Source of the DNA: a virus
Lineage: Duplodnaviria; Caudoviricetes
Virus record (IMG/VR): IMGVR_UViG_3300021431_000093
Coordinates: 36,005-100,004 of that record
Length of the DNA stretch: 64,000 bases
Direction: 5' to 3' (one strand)
Part shown: positions 13,102 through 24,717 of the stretch, in pieces
Layout: every line of letters starts with the position of its first letter
Numbering within the stretch: position 1 is the first letter of the stretch
Program-made: the position numbers and the translations under genes
The notes under the pieces: generated by a model
Database searches by the model: none
What the model saw: the letters and a program-made list of their open reading frames with translations, nothing else
Told to the model about the DNA's origin: nothing

Positions 13102-13859
13102 TATTCAATTTCCTCCTCAGGTTCTTCCTCAGGTATCTCTTCAATTTCCTCTTCCTCTTCAGGTTCTTCAAGAGGTACTTCATCCACATCAACAAGCTCA
13201 TCTTCAGGTGGTTCAATTATACCTTGATCAAGTGCTCTTTGATATGATACTCCGTAAATAGCAGGAAATATAACGTTAAAATATTTATCTGGATAATGCT
13301 CTTCCATATATGTAACATAATTAGTAATACAAGATGCCAATTTCAATGCTCAATCAAGATCAGCTAATACTTTCATTACATGTTTACAACCAGCACCTTT
13401 AGAATCATTAGGATTTGTAATTCTAGCAGGAACTATTTGAGGTTGCCCTGAATTATATCTACCTTTACTTGCTCAATATGACATCCTATAAGTAAAATCA
13501 GGACAATTACAACTTACATAAATATCTTGTTTATTAATTGCATCAATTATTGCCCTATAAACTACTTTATATTCAAATGATCATGAATTATTTTGAAGTT
13601 CTCTATTTATAGCATCCAATATACCATCAAAAAGAACCTCTACTTCATAATTTCCGTGTTCACCTTGAATAGGAATTATAAAGGAGAGTAAATTTGCCTT
13701 ATATAGGGCATTCATATCAATTTTATTAAAAGCACTTACAGAATTATAAACATGTTGCAAATCTTTACGTTCATATCTTGTAGTTCCGTAAGACTTTGTA
13801 ATATCTGCACTTCTACTTTTTGATAGTAATTGTGATCTTGTTTTCTCTTCTAACTTCAT
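13101..13859 (-). CDS. SWIM zinc-finger protein with acidic tail (252 aa, code 4)
   Basis: VSCNCPDF...GCKH appears only on TGA read-through. Confidence 0.75.
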
Positions 13860-13863
13860 ATAT

Positions 13864-13874
13864 TAAATTTAGCA
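13864..13874 (-). promoter_or_regulatory. Putative late promoter, probably giving a leaderless mRNA
   Basis: TGCTAAATTTA lies 4 nt before ATG 13859. Confidence 0.65.
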
Positions 13875-13899
13875 GTTCCTTCTAAAAGATTATACAATT

Positions 13900-13929
13900 A
13901 AAAGGACAGGGAACTATATCTCCCTGTCC
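13900..13929 (-). terminator. Rho-independent terminator
   Basis: GGACAGGGA-loop-TCCCTGTCC followed by TTTT on the minus strand. Confidence 0.75.
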
Positions 13930-14078
13930 ATGTGTAACTTAATATACTCTTGATCCTTTGGATTATCAGTGACTTCTAATAATCTCTTAAGTTGTCCCCT
14001 AAAGAATCTCTCACTTATTAATCCAGCATTCAACCTTGACTCTAAATCTTGAACAGATTTAATAATTGCTTTATTCAT
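13914..14078 (-). CDS. Small hypothetical late protein (54 aa), absent from the ORF track
   Basis: MNKAIIKSVQDLESRL...DREI; GGAGG RBS and its own late promoter motif. Confidence 0.65.
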   Translation of the reverse strand: MNKAIIKSVQDLESRLNAGLISERFFRGQLKRLLEVTDNPKDQEYIKLHMDREI

Positions 14079-14097
14079 TATTGAAACCCTCCAATAT

Positions 14098-14108
14098 TAA
14101 ATTTAGCA
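14098..14108 (-). promoter_or_regulatory. Putative late promoter
   Basis: TGCTAAATTTA. Confidence 0.65.
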
Positions 14109-14110
14109 GA

Positions 14111-14503
14111 CTATGACATCATAGATTTGTCTACAGAATCATCTTCCTTTAATACTGTACCTACGTGAAATACGTACTCTTCAGGACAATCAATACAATT
14201 AAAATTTTCATCCAATATAATTAATTCCTGAAATATATCTATCTCAATAATATCATTTATTTTCTTAATATCATCATACTCCAATTTGATTGGTGAATTT
14301 TCATTATAGAATTTGATACAATTGTTAGGATCTTTAACAATTAACATTGCCATTGTTGCAGCTTCTTCATATGTTTCAAATGATCTGTTAAATAATCCTT
14401 TAAGGTTAAAATCAAATTCATTTTCTCCTTCATATAAAGGATATAAATAATAACTAACCATCATAGGACAGATTTGACTTTCATCTACTCTTACATATCT
14501 CAT
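14111..14503 (-). CDS. Hypothetical protein (130 aa)
   Basis: Intact ORF after the capsid terminator; no RBS. Confidence 0.55.
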   Translation of the reverse strand: MRYVRVDESQICPMMVSYYLYPLYEGENEFDFNLKGLFNRSFETYEEAATMAMLIVKDPNNCIKFYNENSPIKLEYDDIKKINDIIEIDIFQELIILDENFNCIDCPEEYVFHVGTVLKEDDSVDKSMMS

Positions 14504-14518
14504 ATAATAGAATACAAT

Positions 14519-14547
14519 AAAAAAGAGGATCTTTCGATCCTCTTTTT
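14519..14547. terminator. Terminator after major capsid gene (bidirectional form)
   Basis: AAAAAGAGGATC-TTTC-GATCCTCTTTTT. Confidence 0.85.
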
Positions 14548-14569
14548 ATAGTTAATTTAAATGCTTAAA

Positions 14570-15964
14570 TTACTCAGCGTGAACAATTAATGCACCACCA
14601 TCACCAGTTGTGATAGAAATCTTACTGAGTAATAATGGGTTGATAATCTTCATATCGTAGAGAGTAGAGAAGCCCTGGCTCATTCTACCATCAGCGAAAC
14701 CAAGTAACTGAGTAGGAACAATTGGCATATAAGGAGCATAGATACCAACAGCAGTCTTACCATCAGCACCTAAAACACCAAGGTAGCAAACCTTTTCACC
14801 AATAGCAGGTGAAACGATTACCTTCATACCAGCGACTGTACCAGCAACATATGGACCATTAGCAACAGTGTTATTAGAAGCATTGAAGCCCTTAACGAAT
14901 GTTAAGATTGGCATAACATCTGGAGAAACTAACATCCAGTTAGGCATAAATCTACCGGTTCTCTTATAAACACGAGCCTTAGCTTCTTCTAACTTACGAG
15001 CAAAGCCTTCAGCCTTCATGGAATAAGAAATAGTATCAAGTTCTTCATCGACCCAAGTAATTCTATCAGCTGCAGGAAGTTCAGCATCTTTAGCATCAGC
15101 AGCAGCCTTAACTAAAAGAACAGCTTCACTATCAACTTCATACTCTAATTCAGCTTGAGCCTGCTGAGCAATAGTGGATTCGAAATCCATACCATAGTCT
15201 TGTTTAGCCTGGAAAGCAGCAAACTGAGAATATTCAACAGCTAATCTACGAGCTTTTGCAGTTAAAGCAATACCATTCATTCTAGCAACAACGGATGGTA
15301 ATTTGTCCTGAGGAATATACTGATTATCATAGATATATCTAACTTTATCACCAGCCTGAGCACCAGTAACAGTACCATCAGCAGCAACAGTTAATTTAGT
15401 ATCACCTTCAGAACCTTCACCAATTAAATAAGCTTCAACAACAGGAGTCCAAGAAAGTTTAAGATTAGTACCTAATGTTTCAACAACAGCCTGTCCAGAG
15501 TAACGGACTCTGTTTTCAGTCATAGGACCAAAACCTTCAAATGGGCTATTGATCTTGTTATTAACATTCCAAGCAGTCTGATTATACTTGCTCATTGCAG
15601 AAGTGAATGGATCTTCTTCTAATTCACCACCAGCACCACCTTTAGGCTCACCAAGAGCATATTCCATATAAGTAACATAGCCAGAGAAACTTGCCATTGG
15701 AGCAACCATGAAAATTTCATTGACGATGAAATTAGGAACAGCTAAAGCAGTAATATCCAAGCAGAATTGCTTGTAAGTACCAAGGTCAGCTCTCTGAGTA
15801 CCAGCAGCAACCTTAAATGCTTCATTTAAATAAGTAGCAGTATTGTGTAAGCACTGAGCAGTTAACATCTTCTTGCTGTTGCTCATCTTCTCACCAGAGT
15901 TCTTCTGAGCGTAGTACTTTTCACTAATAGCAAGTCTACCCTTATAAGATTCTAATAAATTCAT
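14570..15964 (-). CDS. Major capsid protein, T4 gp23-like (464 aa)
   Basis: PM....G.V.Y, TAKARRL, QDY..G.D.E, IYAPYMP motifs; YLNE candidate maturation site; GAAAGGA RBS. Confidence 0.95.
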   Translation of the reverse strand: MNLLESYKGRLAISEKYYAQKNSGEKMSNSKKMLTAQCLHNTATYLNEAFKVAAGTQRADLGTYKQFCLDITALAVPNFIVNEIFMVAPMASFSGYVTYMEYALGEPKGGAGGELEEDPFTSAMSKYNQTAWNVNNKINSPFEGFGPMTENRVRYSGQAVVETLGTNLKLSWTPVVEAYLIGEGSEGDTKLTVAADGTVTGAQAGDKVRYIYDNQYIPQDKLPSVVARMNGIALTAKARRLAVEYSQFAAFQAKQDYGMDFESTIAQQAQAELEYEVDSEAVLLVKAAADAKDAELPAADRITWVDEELDTISYSMKAEGFARKLEEAKARVYKRTGRFMPNWMLVSPDVMPILTFVKGFNASNNTVANGPYVAGTVAGMKVIVSPAIGEKVCYLGVLGADGKTAVGIYAPYMPIVPTQLLGFADGRMSQGFSTLYDMKIINPLLLSKISITTGDGGALIVHAE

Positions 15965-15980
15965 TCTATTTCCTTTCAAA

Positions 15981-18125
15981 TTATTTAATCATCTGTAATA
16001 AGTAATCGGACACTTCATCATCAGCTAATCTATTACCTTTGATATATTCATTCTGAGATGATTTAACATTAAACTGAACATTTTCATTTAATCTAAATGG
16101 AAGTTTGCTCATATTTAATTTTTGTTCAACTAATTCATTGCAGATCGAATCAATATCCTTATAAGAATATGATTCATTTAATTGAGCCTTGATATTATCT
16201 ACTGAAAGACCACAAGCATCTGCCTTAACAGCGATGTATCTTTCTTTTGATTCTTTCAACGCTCTTTGGTACTTCTTCGTTAATGTAGTCATATCTGATA
16301 ATTTCTTATTAGATTTTTCTACACTTTCCTTCAATACCTTGATTTGATTCTCTAAATCAGAAATTTTATTATCTGATTCAGTAAGTTTTGAAATGTTTTC
16401 TTTCTTGAATGTGATTAAACTATTTAATCTTTCATTCTTTGATTCGATTAATCTGTCCTTGTAATCAAGATCACTATTAAGTTTTTCTACACTTTCTTCA
16501 AGTGATTTAACCTTTTTAGCTGTATCGCTTAAATTAGCAGATACTTTCTTGTACTTTGTTAATTCTTCATTCAATTTTGTTTCTTTTGCACTGCAAACTG
16601 ATAATTTTTCCTGAAGTGACAAATTATCCTTTTCTAATTCACCATTTTTCAATAGTGCTTCTTGAAGTTCTTTCATCAAATCTTCCCTGGTATTACCAGC
16701 ATCTTCTTCAACTACTTGATCTTCTTTATCTGAACAGCCATCTTCGCTGACTGATTCTTTATTAAATTTAGCAAGAGATTGACAAGCTTTTTGAATTTGA
16801 TTTAAATCATTATTTAAGAAAGCCTTAGTAATCTTATCTTTTTCTGAATTATAATCATATTGTTTATCATATTCCAAGATACGACCGGTCATAGCATTAA
16901 TTCTGGATAAGATTCCCATTAATTCTCTTTGTTTATCTGGATCAGTAGGAATATCTTCATTAAGGCTATCCTGCTCAAACTCTAAATCATCAGCATTCAT
17001 TGATAATTGATCTGCCAAATCTCTTAATTCACCTACTAAATCTTGAACTGTATCTCCATTAACTGCGTAAGAACCTCTTACTGCATTTCTGACTTCATAC
17101 ATTAAATCTTCAAGATTTCCAAATGTTTGCTCTAATTGACCTTGAATATGATCTCCCCAACCATCTTCATGTTCAAGTTCTTCATTTACTTGTTTTTCTA
17201 AAACATCTAATGAAGCAGAGATAATATTATCACCATCTCTATGAATACCTACATTACAAACAGTTGGTAAATTAGGAGTATCTAAATCACATAATTCATC
17301 AAAAATAGTACCTAAATCATCTTTTGTAACGTTATGATCAAGTTCCTTTCTTAACTGATAATGAACGTTACCAAATAACGTCTTACCTTTTCTTTCAACT
17401 TCTAAACCTAATTCAGCAAATTTATCTTCAATAGGTTTTAAATCTTCTTCTGTAGGTTCAACTAATTTTTCATCCAACTTAATATCTAAATTATCAAGTG
17501 TTTCTTTCATTATCTTTTTATCTTCCTCTGATGCTTTATCAAGTTCTTCAGTTAATCTTTGTTTTAAAGTCTTACCATACTTTTTATTTGCATCTAAAGA
17601 CTCAACGAATGATAATCTTGCACTTTCTACTGCAGGAATTTCTACAAGGTCAAATGCATTTAATTGGTATGTATCTGGATCAACTTCTTCATTACCATTG
17701 TAATCTTCTATAATATCTCCAGTACCTCTACTTGAAATACCAAATTTGTAACCATACTTTGCTAATTGATATGCAATTCTTCCGCAAGGTGTATCTACTA
17801 TATCAACATAAGCAATTAAATCACCCTTATTATCTTTCACAGGAGGTTCTGGCATAACAATTGCAATTTTCTCCATGTTGACATCTTCATAATCAGGGTG
17901 GCATAATTCACCAAATATTCCACCATTTTGGAAACGCTCTTTAATTAAATCTGAATTAAATAATTTTTCCCATAAATCCTGACTGTAATGACGTCCATTT
18001 CTTGTTGGAGCTGCAAAACTGGCAACTGGTCCATAGAGTCTACCTAAAATTCCTTTTTTAGATTTTTCTTCAGGTGATATATTTTTAAATTTCAATGAAG
18101 TATCTTCATTTAATTTTTTAATCAT
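15981..18125 (-). CDS. Prohead protease (gp21-like) fused to coiled-coil scaffold (714 aa)
   Basis: TRNGRHY, GELCHP, GISSRGTG, FDLVEIPA; long C-terminal coiled coil. Confidence 0.92.
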   Translation of the reverse strand: MIKKLNEDTSLKFKNISPEEKSKKGILGRLYGPVASFAAPTRNGRHYSQDLWEKLFNSDLIKERFQNGGIFGELCHPDYEDVNMEKIAIVMPEPPVKDNKGDLIAYVDIVDTPCGRIAYQLAKYGYKFGISSRGTGDIIEDYNGNEEVDPDTYQLNAFDLVEIPAVESARLSFVESLDANKKYGKTLKQRLTEELDKASEEDKKIMKETLDNLDIKLDEKLVEPTEEDLKPIEDKFAELGLEVERKGKTLFGNVHYQLRKELDHNVTKDDLGTIFDELCDLDTPNLPTVCNVGIHRDGDNIISASLDVLEKQVNEELEHEDGWGDHIQGQLEQTFGNLEDLMYEVRNAVRGSYAVNGDTVQDLVGELRDLADQLSMNADDLEFEQDSLNEDIPTDPDKQRELMGILSRINAMTGRILEYDKQYDYNSEKDKITKAFLNNDLNQIQKACQSLAKFNKESVSEDGCSDKEDQVVEEDAGNTREDLMKELQEALLKNGELEKDNLSLQEKLSVCSAKETKLNEELTKYKKVSANLSDTAKKVKSLEESVEKLNSDLDYKDRLIESKNERLNSLITFKKENISKLTESDNKISDLENQIKVLKESVEKSNKKLSDMTTLTKKYQRALKESKERYIAVKADACGLSVDNIKAQLNESYSYKDIDSICNELVEQKLNMSKLPFRLNENVQFNVKSSQNEYIKGNRLADDEVSDYLLQMIK

Positions 18126-18149
18126 TTATAACAACCTCCCGGCATATAT

Positions 18150-18160
18150 TAAATTTAGCA
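18150..18160 (-). promoter_or_regulatory. Putative late promoter for the protease-capsid operon
   Basis: TGCTAAATTTA followed by GGAGG RBS. Confidence 0.7.
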
Positions 18161-18181
18161 CTTTACCTTGAAACTTTTTCA

Positions 18182-18637
18182 TTACTTAATCATTTGCAGA
18201 CATTTAACATCTGCCTTTGTTATCTCAAGTAATTTTCTACATGGTTCTAAATTATATGTACTAAAATATATACCTAAACACTTTACAATTTCATCAGCTC
18301 TTGCATGCTTATAAAACAATGCTTTATCTTCTGGTTTATATTGTAATATTTGATTTAATAAAGCAGATAAGGTTGTAACTATCGTTTTAGGATCAGTTAA
18401 TGTATTCTCATCCGACTTCATTATATTAATGTATAATTTACTCTTTTTATTATTATATGATACTCTTAATTTCTCATAGAATTTTAAAATATCTAATGAA
18501 CGGTTATCATTAATTTTCTTAAGTGCTTCAAGAGGTATTGTTGATGATCTTAAAACTAAATTTAATTCATTATTAACATCAATACCTTTATTTTGTAATT
18601 CTGTTAAGAGTAATATTATATCACTTCTTGCTATCAT
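18182..18637 (-). CDS. Hypothetical protein between portal and protease
   Basis: Intact ORF with GAAAGGA RBS. Confidence 0.65.
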   Translation of the reverse strand: MIARSDIILLLTELQNKGIDVNNELNLVLRSSTIPLEALKKINDNRSLDILKFYEKLRVSYNNKKSKLYINIMKSDENTLTDPKTIVTTLSALLNQILQYKPEDKALFYKHARADEIVKCLGIYFSTYNLEPCRKLLEITKADVKCLQMIK

Positions 18638-18669
18638 GTCATTCCTTTCTTGATAAAATCAACTAAAGA

Positions 18670-20568
18670 CTATTTAACATTATTAAATGAAACTCCTAAT
18701 TGATCAAAACTTGGCAAATCATTAGCTTCATTTAATAAATCTCCTGTTCCTGAATAGAAACTTTCCTCTGGAGCCTCTGGAGCTTCCATTGGTTCAGATT
18801 CAATTTCACCACCTAAATCTTCTGGCTCTGGTAAATCTAAATCACCACTACCTCCAAAGTCACCTCCAAAATCATCACCACCTAAATCAAGTTCATCAGA
18901 ACCTGTTGATTTCTCTTCCTCTTCAGTAGTACTTAACTTATCTATCTCATCTTGGATAAATCCAATTACTTCTGTATTTGTAATTGCATTGGATAATAAT
19001 GATTTGAGAATTTCAAGTTTTGTTTGTCTATCTTCAATCTCATCTAATAAACTCATAATTTCACGAATATTATTGATAGATTGTGACATATTTTCCTTAC
19101 GGTCTTTTTCTTCTTGAGTTGTAGGAGACTGCATATGTAAATCAAACTTATTAATATAATCAGCTAAACCTCTGTCTAAAAGTATAAGGTTAACTGCATC
19201 AGTTATCATCTGAATATATGCATTTTGACCCCTCTTGACTCTTTTTGCATAGTTACTTGAAATTAATGATAATGAAGTACCACCATTAAAACCAGCAGCA
19301 TCATCAGTATCACCAAGGTATTGTTTAGGAATACCTAATGATCCAAATAATTTATTCTTCCAATAATCAAGGTCAATTAAATCGCCTACATTAACATCGC
19401 CACCTATTTGAGATGTCTCTACTCTTCCCTTACCTTCATGAACAGGGAAATAAAGTACATTTTCAACAGGTCCCGTATTAGTATAATCTTGCATCGATGT
19501 TCCAAGATTATATGCTGACTTCTGTTCAACCATTGCTTTAATTCTTCTCAATAATGTTTGAACTTCAGTCTTACCCATATCACCTACTTCAACATTGATA
19601 GTTCTTATAATAGATGATTTTGTAAGTCTATTTAATAATACTGAATTTTCAAGGAGTGATAATTCTCTCCACACTTTAAAAGAATTATAAAGAATTGACT
19701 GACCTCTCTTAACATTGAATGTGAGTAAATCTGAACTAAGGTCTGATTTATTTTCAATATCTGTAGATAAAGTTACTTCCTCTGTAGTTCTATCTGAATT
19801 ATCTTCCAAAGAAGCGTGAACGAATTCAGTAGCACCATAAATATCAATATCATTATTATTAAATCTATATAAATATTGATTATTAATTACTGGTGTTTTC
19901 TGATCCTTCATATAATTCTGGAGTACACCAACATGCGTTCTAATATATGCACATGTCTTACCAAACTTAACTAAATCAAATACATCAGCAGGATTTTTGA
20001 CTATTTCAGCATATTCTGCATATCTGTCATTCTTTGAATAAATCTTTAAAATTAAATCTTCATTCATCTCTGTTGACTCATTTAATTTAGATTTATCATT
20101 CTTTTCTTTTAACTTGTCAAAATCAAATTCAGATTTTCTATATAACTTTAAATAAATATCTCCATATTTATATAATGCATACATATGACCATAAGCATTT
20201 TTATCTATGTTCATAGCATCCAAAATCTGATTAACAGCATTAGTTATCTTTTCATTATTAGATGTACACCACATAACTTTACCTTGTTCATTAGGTTCTG
20301 TTGAATCTGATGTATAAATTTCCAATGCAGTAGAGATGATTGGGTCTTCTGCCATAAGGTCTAATAAAGCATAAACTTCATCTCTTGACCTTGATATACT
20401 AGTAAAAGAATTAATAGCTGATATATCTATCGTACCATTTTCCTGTGAATCAATGATATTATCGTAAATATGATTATTTGTATCAATATCATTAATCTTA
20501 TCAGGAAGTGGTATGGATACTGTCTTATTTACATAATCAATATTTTTAAATACTTCTTGATCAGCCAT
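18670..20568 (-). CDS. Portal protein, gp20-like (632 aa)
   Basis: M..DP.IS.AL, L.LLE....L.R, VEVGDM, DLDYWKNKLFGSLGIPKQYL. Confidence 0.93.
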   Translation of the reverse strand: MADQEVFKNIDYVNKTVSIPLPDKINDIDTNNHIYDNIIDSQENGTIDISAINSFTSISRSRDEVYALLDLMAEDPIISTALEIYTSDSTEPNEQGKVMWCTSNNEKITNAVNQILDAMNIDKNAYGHMYALYKYGDIYLKLYRKSEFDFDKLKEKNDKSKLNESTEMNEDLILKIYSKNDRYAEYAEIVKNPADVFDLVKFGKTCAYIRTHVGVLQNYMKDQKTPVINNQYLYRFNNNDIDIYGATEFVHASLEDNSDRTTEEVTLSTDIENKSDLSSDLLTFNVKRGQSILYNSFKVWRELSLLENSVLLNRLTKSSIIRTINVEVGDMGKTEVQTLLRRIKAMVEQKSAYNLGTSMQDYTNTGPVENVLYFPVHEGKGRVETSQIGGDVNVGDLIDLDYWKNKLFGSLGIPKQYLGDTDDAAGFNGGTSLSLISSNYAKRVKRGQNAYIQMITDAVNLILLDRGLADYINKFDLHMQSPTTQEEKDRKENMSQSINNIREIMSLLDEIEDRQTKLEILKSLLSNAITNTEVIGFIQDEIDKLSTTEEEEKSTGSDELDLGGDDFGGDFGGSGDLDLPEPEDLGGEIESEPMEAPEAPEESFYSGTGDLLNEANDLPSFDQLGVSFNNVK

Positions 20569-20577
20569 GTCCTCTCC

Positions 20578-22590
20578 TTATCAATTCAATATTCCATCGT
20601 ATATATCCAATGACAAATCATCTGAATTAAATGTATTGAATATATTTTGATCCTGTTTACTTATATAAGATGGTTTTTGTTTTAATGATTCTTCAAATTG
20701 TTGTATATAACTTTGCATATCATCATTATTACTACCATTAAAATCAATCATTGCTTCAAGTGTTTCACCATAATCATATGAAAACTCTTCAGCATGAAGT
20801 GAAGCATTATACAATGCTCCACAGACTCCATCAGCAGAGTCTTTACTGTTTATACCTGAAGGATCATGGTCAACTTTACCATTGTTATTATTCCTCTTTA
20901 ATCCTACAAGCTCTTCTGTTAATAGATTAATACCCTTACGAGGCAACTTTAACCTTTTCTCATATATGCAATTCTTTAAAAATGCATATGGTTCACAGAT
21001 ACCATTATTAGTTCTATCTACAGATAATATACTATAATTATATCCTTTTGCTAAAAGGTCTTGTTCAACACCTGATCGTGCAAATGTATCTGATGTTATA
21101 CCTTTAATTTTTAATCCTTGTTCCTTAAGTCAATAAATAAAATTCCTTGTTTTCTCAAAACTAACCTGTTGACCCCTAGGAGCTTTTATAGAAACAACAA
21201 ATCCAAGTTGAAAATACATCTCTGGTTGAACTTTTGTTTTTTCTTCACTACTTTCACTGCCGTGTAATTTCATCCCATCTATGAATATACCACCTATACC
21301 GGTTTTATCTCCCGTTAATGACATATCTAAATGGATGAATAATGGTTTATTTTTAACTGATTCAGGTATCTTATCTATATCAAAGAAATCATATAATTCC
21401 TCTTGATCATTAGTACCTAATTCAACTATTTCCTTAGTGAATGGATTGACAAATGATTCTGTTTTGCACTGAGTTATCTTTTCACCTGAAATATAATTAC
21501 TAGTACTTGATGTTGATATACCTGCGATGTCAGTAAGTGCAATATCTATATCATCAAGGAAATTTTCATAATATCCTATAGGTACATCAAGTAACCTAAA
21601 TCCTCTTTCAATATAGTGTTGACATTCATCTTCAGTTATATCTGGAGGTAACACCTCTGAAGGCAAAAATTTATTACCAATTGCTATTTTAAATGTTCTA
21701 TCAGAAGCTTTATCAGTTCTAATAATCCATTGAGGTTCATCTATAATAATTGTAGTCTTACTTTCATTCCTCTTCTTATTTTCTATCCATGTTTCCAAGA
21801 ATGATTGTTCAGTTCTTTTTGATGATGCTAAAACAAGAATTGTAGGATTTGAAGTACCTCTCATAAAACGAGATTGCATACGAGCAGTAGCTGATGAAAC
21901 TAATTCAGTTGCTTTCTGTTTCTGCTTTTCAACATCTTGATTAGGTATAAATGAAATTTCATCAAAGAATGCCCAGAAAAGAGCTCTACCTATAAAGTGT
22001 CTAGGTTGTGAACCACATATTAATTCTATATTGCTATCAGGATTTGGATATCATTCAGGATTATTTGATTTTGTAATAGTGCCGTGGTGCATAAATCACT
22101 CTGATTCCTGAATCATATTCTGTAATTTACTTCATGCTACACCTTGAGCAGCATCTATAGTTATATTAATAACAGCAAATGAAATAACATCAGTCGACAT
22201 TATTCCATAATAAACTGCAGGATTTTTTAAACATAGCATTCTATATAGTTCATAAAGACCTATAATAACTGCTTCTGTAGATTTACCTATACCAATTGCA
22301 CCTGTTAGTGCTAATGTATTACACACTGCTGGTTGTAAAGGATCAGGATAAATCTTTTTAAGTAACTCTTCCCAATACGGAAATAATGTAAATTTACCTT
22401 CAGCATTCATCAATCCACGACCTAAATAATATTGATCGTGGATAAATGTTTCTATATCTACAGGAATTTCTTTTCAGTCCTCATTTAAAATACTATCCAT
22501 TGTACTTGAAGTACCTTCACTGGACATCTCATTTAATATTTTAAGGACTGCTTCCCGTTCTTGTTGTGTTAAATTTTCTAAATTAGACAT
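20578..22590 (-). CDS. terL: Terminase large subunit (670 aa, code 4, six TGA)
   Basis: Walker A GAIGIGKS, Walker B AFFDE, nuclease HLDMSLTGD and KDSADGVCG, all in one frame interrupted only by TGA. Confidence 0.93.
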
Positions 22591-22612
22591 AATCTACTTT
22601 TAATTTTAATAT

Positions 22613-23617
22613 TTATCTTTTTTCAATAGTTAATGGTATTCTGGTAAATGAACTATATGTTGAACTTGTACTATTATTATATCCTACAATTAATACTATA
22701 TAATCAGCAATTAATGAATCAGAATCACTATTAAATTCTAAATTACTGAATGTAAATTCAAGTTTCACTTCATCATTTTCAGTAAATGATCTACTCTTAC
22801 TTAAATACATATACTCACCTGTAGAATCTACTTTAATAATGACTATTTTACCATCAGTAATAGCTTTTGAAATTTCAGAGAAATCAACATCTAATATAGG
22901 TTCTCCACCAGTAATGGTCATTGTAACCAATAATACTTCTGAAGGTAAATCAATCATCTTTCATACTTGATTTTCTACACCAAGTACTTTACCATCAAAT
23001 CCTACTTCCATATCAGGTAAACTATTAACTTTAATATTAATATCCTTATTTTCAGATTGATTAGCACTAAATGTACCTATAGGTTTATCATTTTGTTTAA
23101 TAGTTAATATTCCATCATTTGGAGTTGTACCATGTTTAACAGATATTATATTATCTTCAAGATTAATACCTTCACCTGCTGTAAGATTGTCTTGTTTTGA
23201 ATCTAATAAACTTTCAATATCAGCTATATTAGTTTCAACTGTATCAATTCTATCATTAACTGGTACTAATGCATCACCAACTTCTGGTAATGTTACATAA
23301 GGAATAAATAATCCTTCACTTGAAGTATCACCATTACCATCATTAACTAATTGAGATGTATGTGTAGGACCATCTATAACTAAATCACCCTCACTATCCT
23401 CTTCGATTGTTATATTTTTACCGGGAGTTAATTTATCCTGCTTTCTAAGGTATTTGGTACTTAATTCACTTACTGATCTTTTAATTAATCCAAATAAATT
23501 CATTAAATCAGTTTGCTTTTCAATATCACCCTTTAATTTACCTCAGAATGTTACATACTCAACTGAATCATTTTCTGTAATATTCGCTGTCAACTTCGTG
23601 TCTTTAATTTCAGTCAT
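22613..23617 (-). CDS. Short fibre/collar-type protein (334 aa, code 4)
   Basis: WG.L.GDI..QTDL, KQD.LT.G and FSANQS motifs shared with the other fibre genes. Confidence 0.6.
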
Positions 23618-23629
23618 CTATATCTCTCC

Positions 23630-24004
23630 CTAGTCTATTATATTAAATCTTGTCTTTTGTAAAGCAGTGTCTATATGAGAAACTCCTGCTTCATCTTTAT
23701 ATAACACTTTAATCTGATAATAATATGTACCCGGTACTAATTCAATTGTGTCTTCAGGATTAAGAACAACCTTAAGTGTACCACCCTCTATATCATAGTC
23801 ATCATAACCTAACTCTTTTTTAAGAATTGCCTTTTCAAAAGGTTGATTAGGTTCCATTAAACCAAAAAATACAATATCTCCCTTTTGAATTTCATAATAA
23901 GTTTCATTTGGAAATTTTCCAGATTTTAACTCTATCTTTAAACTGAGGTAATCACCTCTGTTCATTGTTATGACTTTATCTTTTCTAATTAAATACAAAC
24001 TCAT
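23630..24004 (-). CDS. Fibre attachment/BppU-like beta-sandwich protein
   Basis: RGD, GDIVFFG, PGTYYYQIK pattern; late promoter upstream. Confidence 0.45.
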   Translation of the reverse strand: MSLYLIRKDKVITMNRGDYLSLKIELKSGKFPNETYYEIQKGDIVFFGLMEPNQPFEKAILKKELGYDDYDIEGGTLKVVLNPEDTIELVPGTYYYQIKVLYKDEAGVSHIDTALQKTRFNIID

Positions 24005-24020
24005 ATATTTACCTCATATA

Positions 24021-24031
24021 TAAATTTAGCA
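24021..24031 (-). promoter_or_regulatory. Putative late promoter for the fibre-terminase-portal operon
   Basis: TGCTAAATTTA. Confidence 0.7.
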
Positions 24032-24034
24032 GTT

Positions 24035-24715
24035 TTAAAAAAATCTACTGTCAGTTGGATCAAACTTATCACCACCACCTCTTATTCTTCTTATTATACT
24101 GATAGATGATATTTCATTTGATTTTGTTAAACTACTATTACCTTTATTTCATGTTGAATACTGATCATCCAAGAAGTGAGATCGATCATATGCAGGTAAA
24201 TTTGTTTTCATATCCATACTGTCAAGTAATTTCTTACATTTTTCATTGAATACTCAATCTTCATATCCAGTACCTTGCTCAGGATCTACTGATAAATCAT
24301 AATTAACTCTATCAAATCCCCTACGAGAAATACAACTAAAATTATTTAAATAATTTTTAACATAATAATACTCTTTTTTGGTACTTTCAATAATTGATAT
24401 ATAATTATCATATTCACTTTGATCTTCTGATAATTCCATATCATCATCAAGCATTATCATATAATCATACACAGAATTTAAAAAATGTTTTCTTAAAATT
24501 ATTCTTGCTCCTGTTATTCCTAATTTATTATAATTAAATACAGCAATATTACCTTGTTCAACTTTAAATTCTTTTCAATTTTGAGCTACCATGATTATTG
24601 GTAATTTGAAATGATTATTTAGTTGTCTTAATAATTTTTTTAATCTATCTATTCTTACTGACCTGCTACTAGAATCATCAGGTAAATAACTTACTATTCC
24701 TATACATATTTTCAT
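24035..24715 (-). CDS. GT-A fold glycosyltransferase (226 aa, code 4), paralog of 26016..26651
   Basis: MKICIGIVSY, GITGAR, YMIMLDDD, YED motifs. Confidence 0.75.
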
Positions 24716-24717
24716 AA

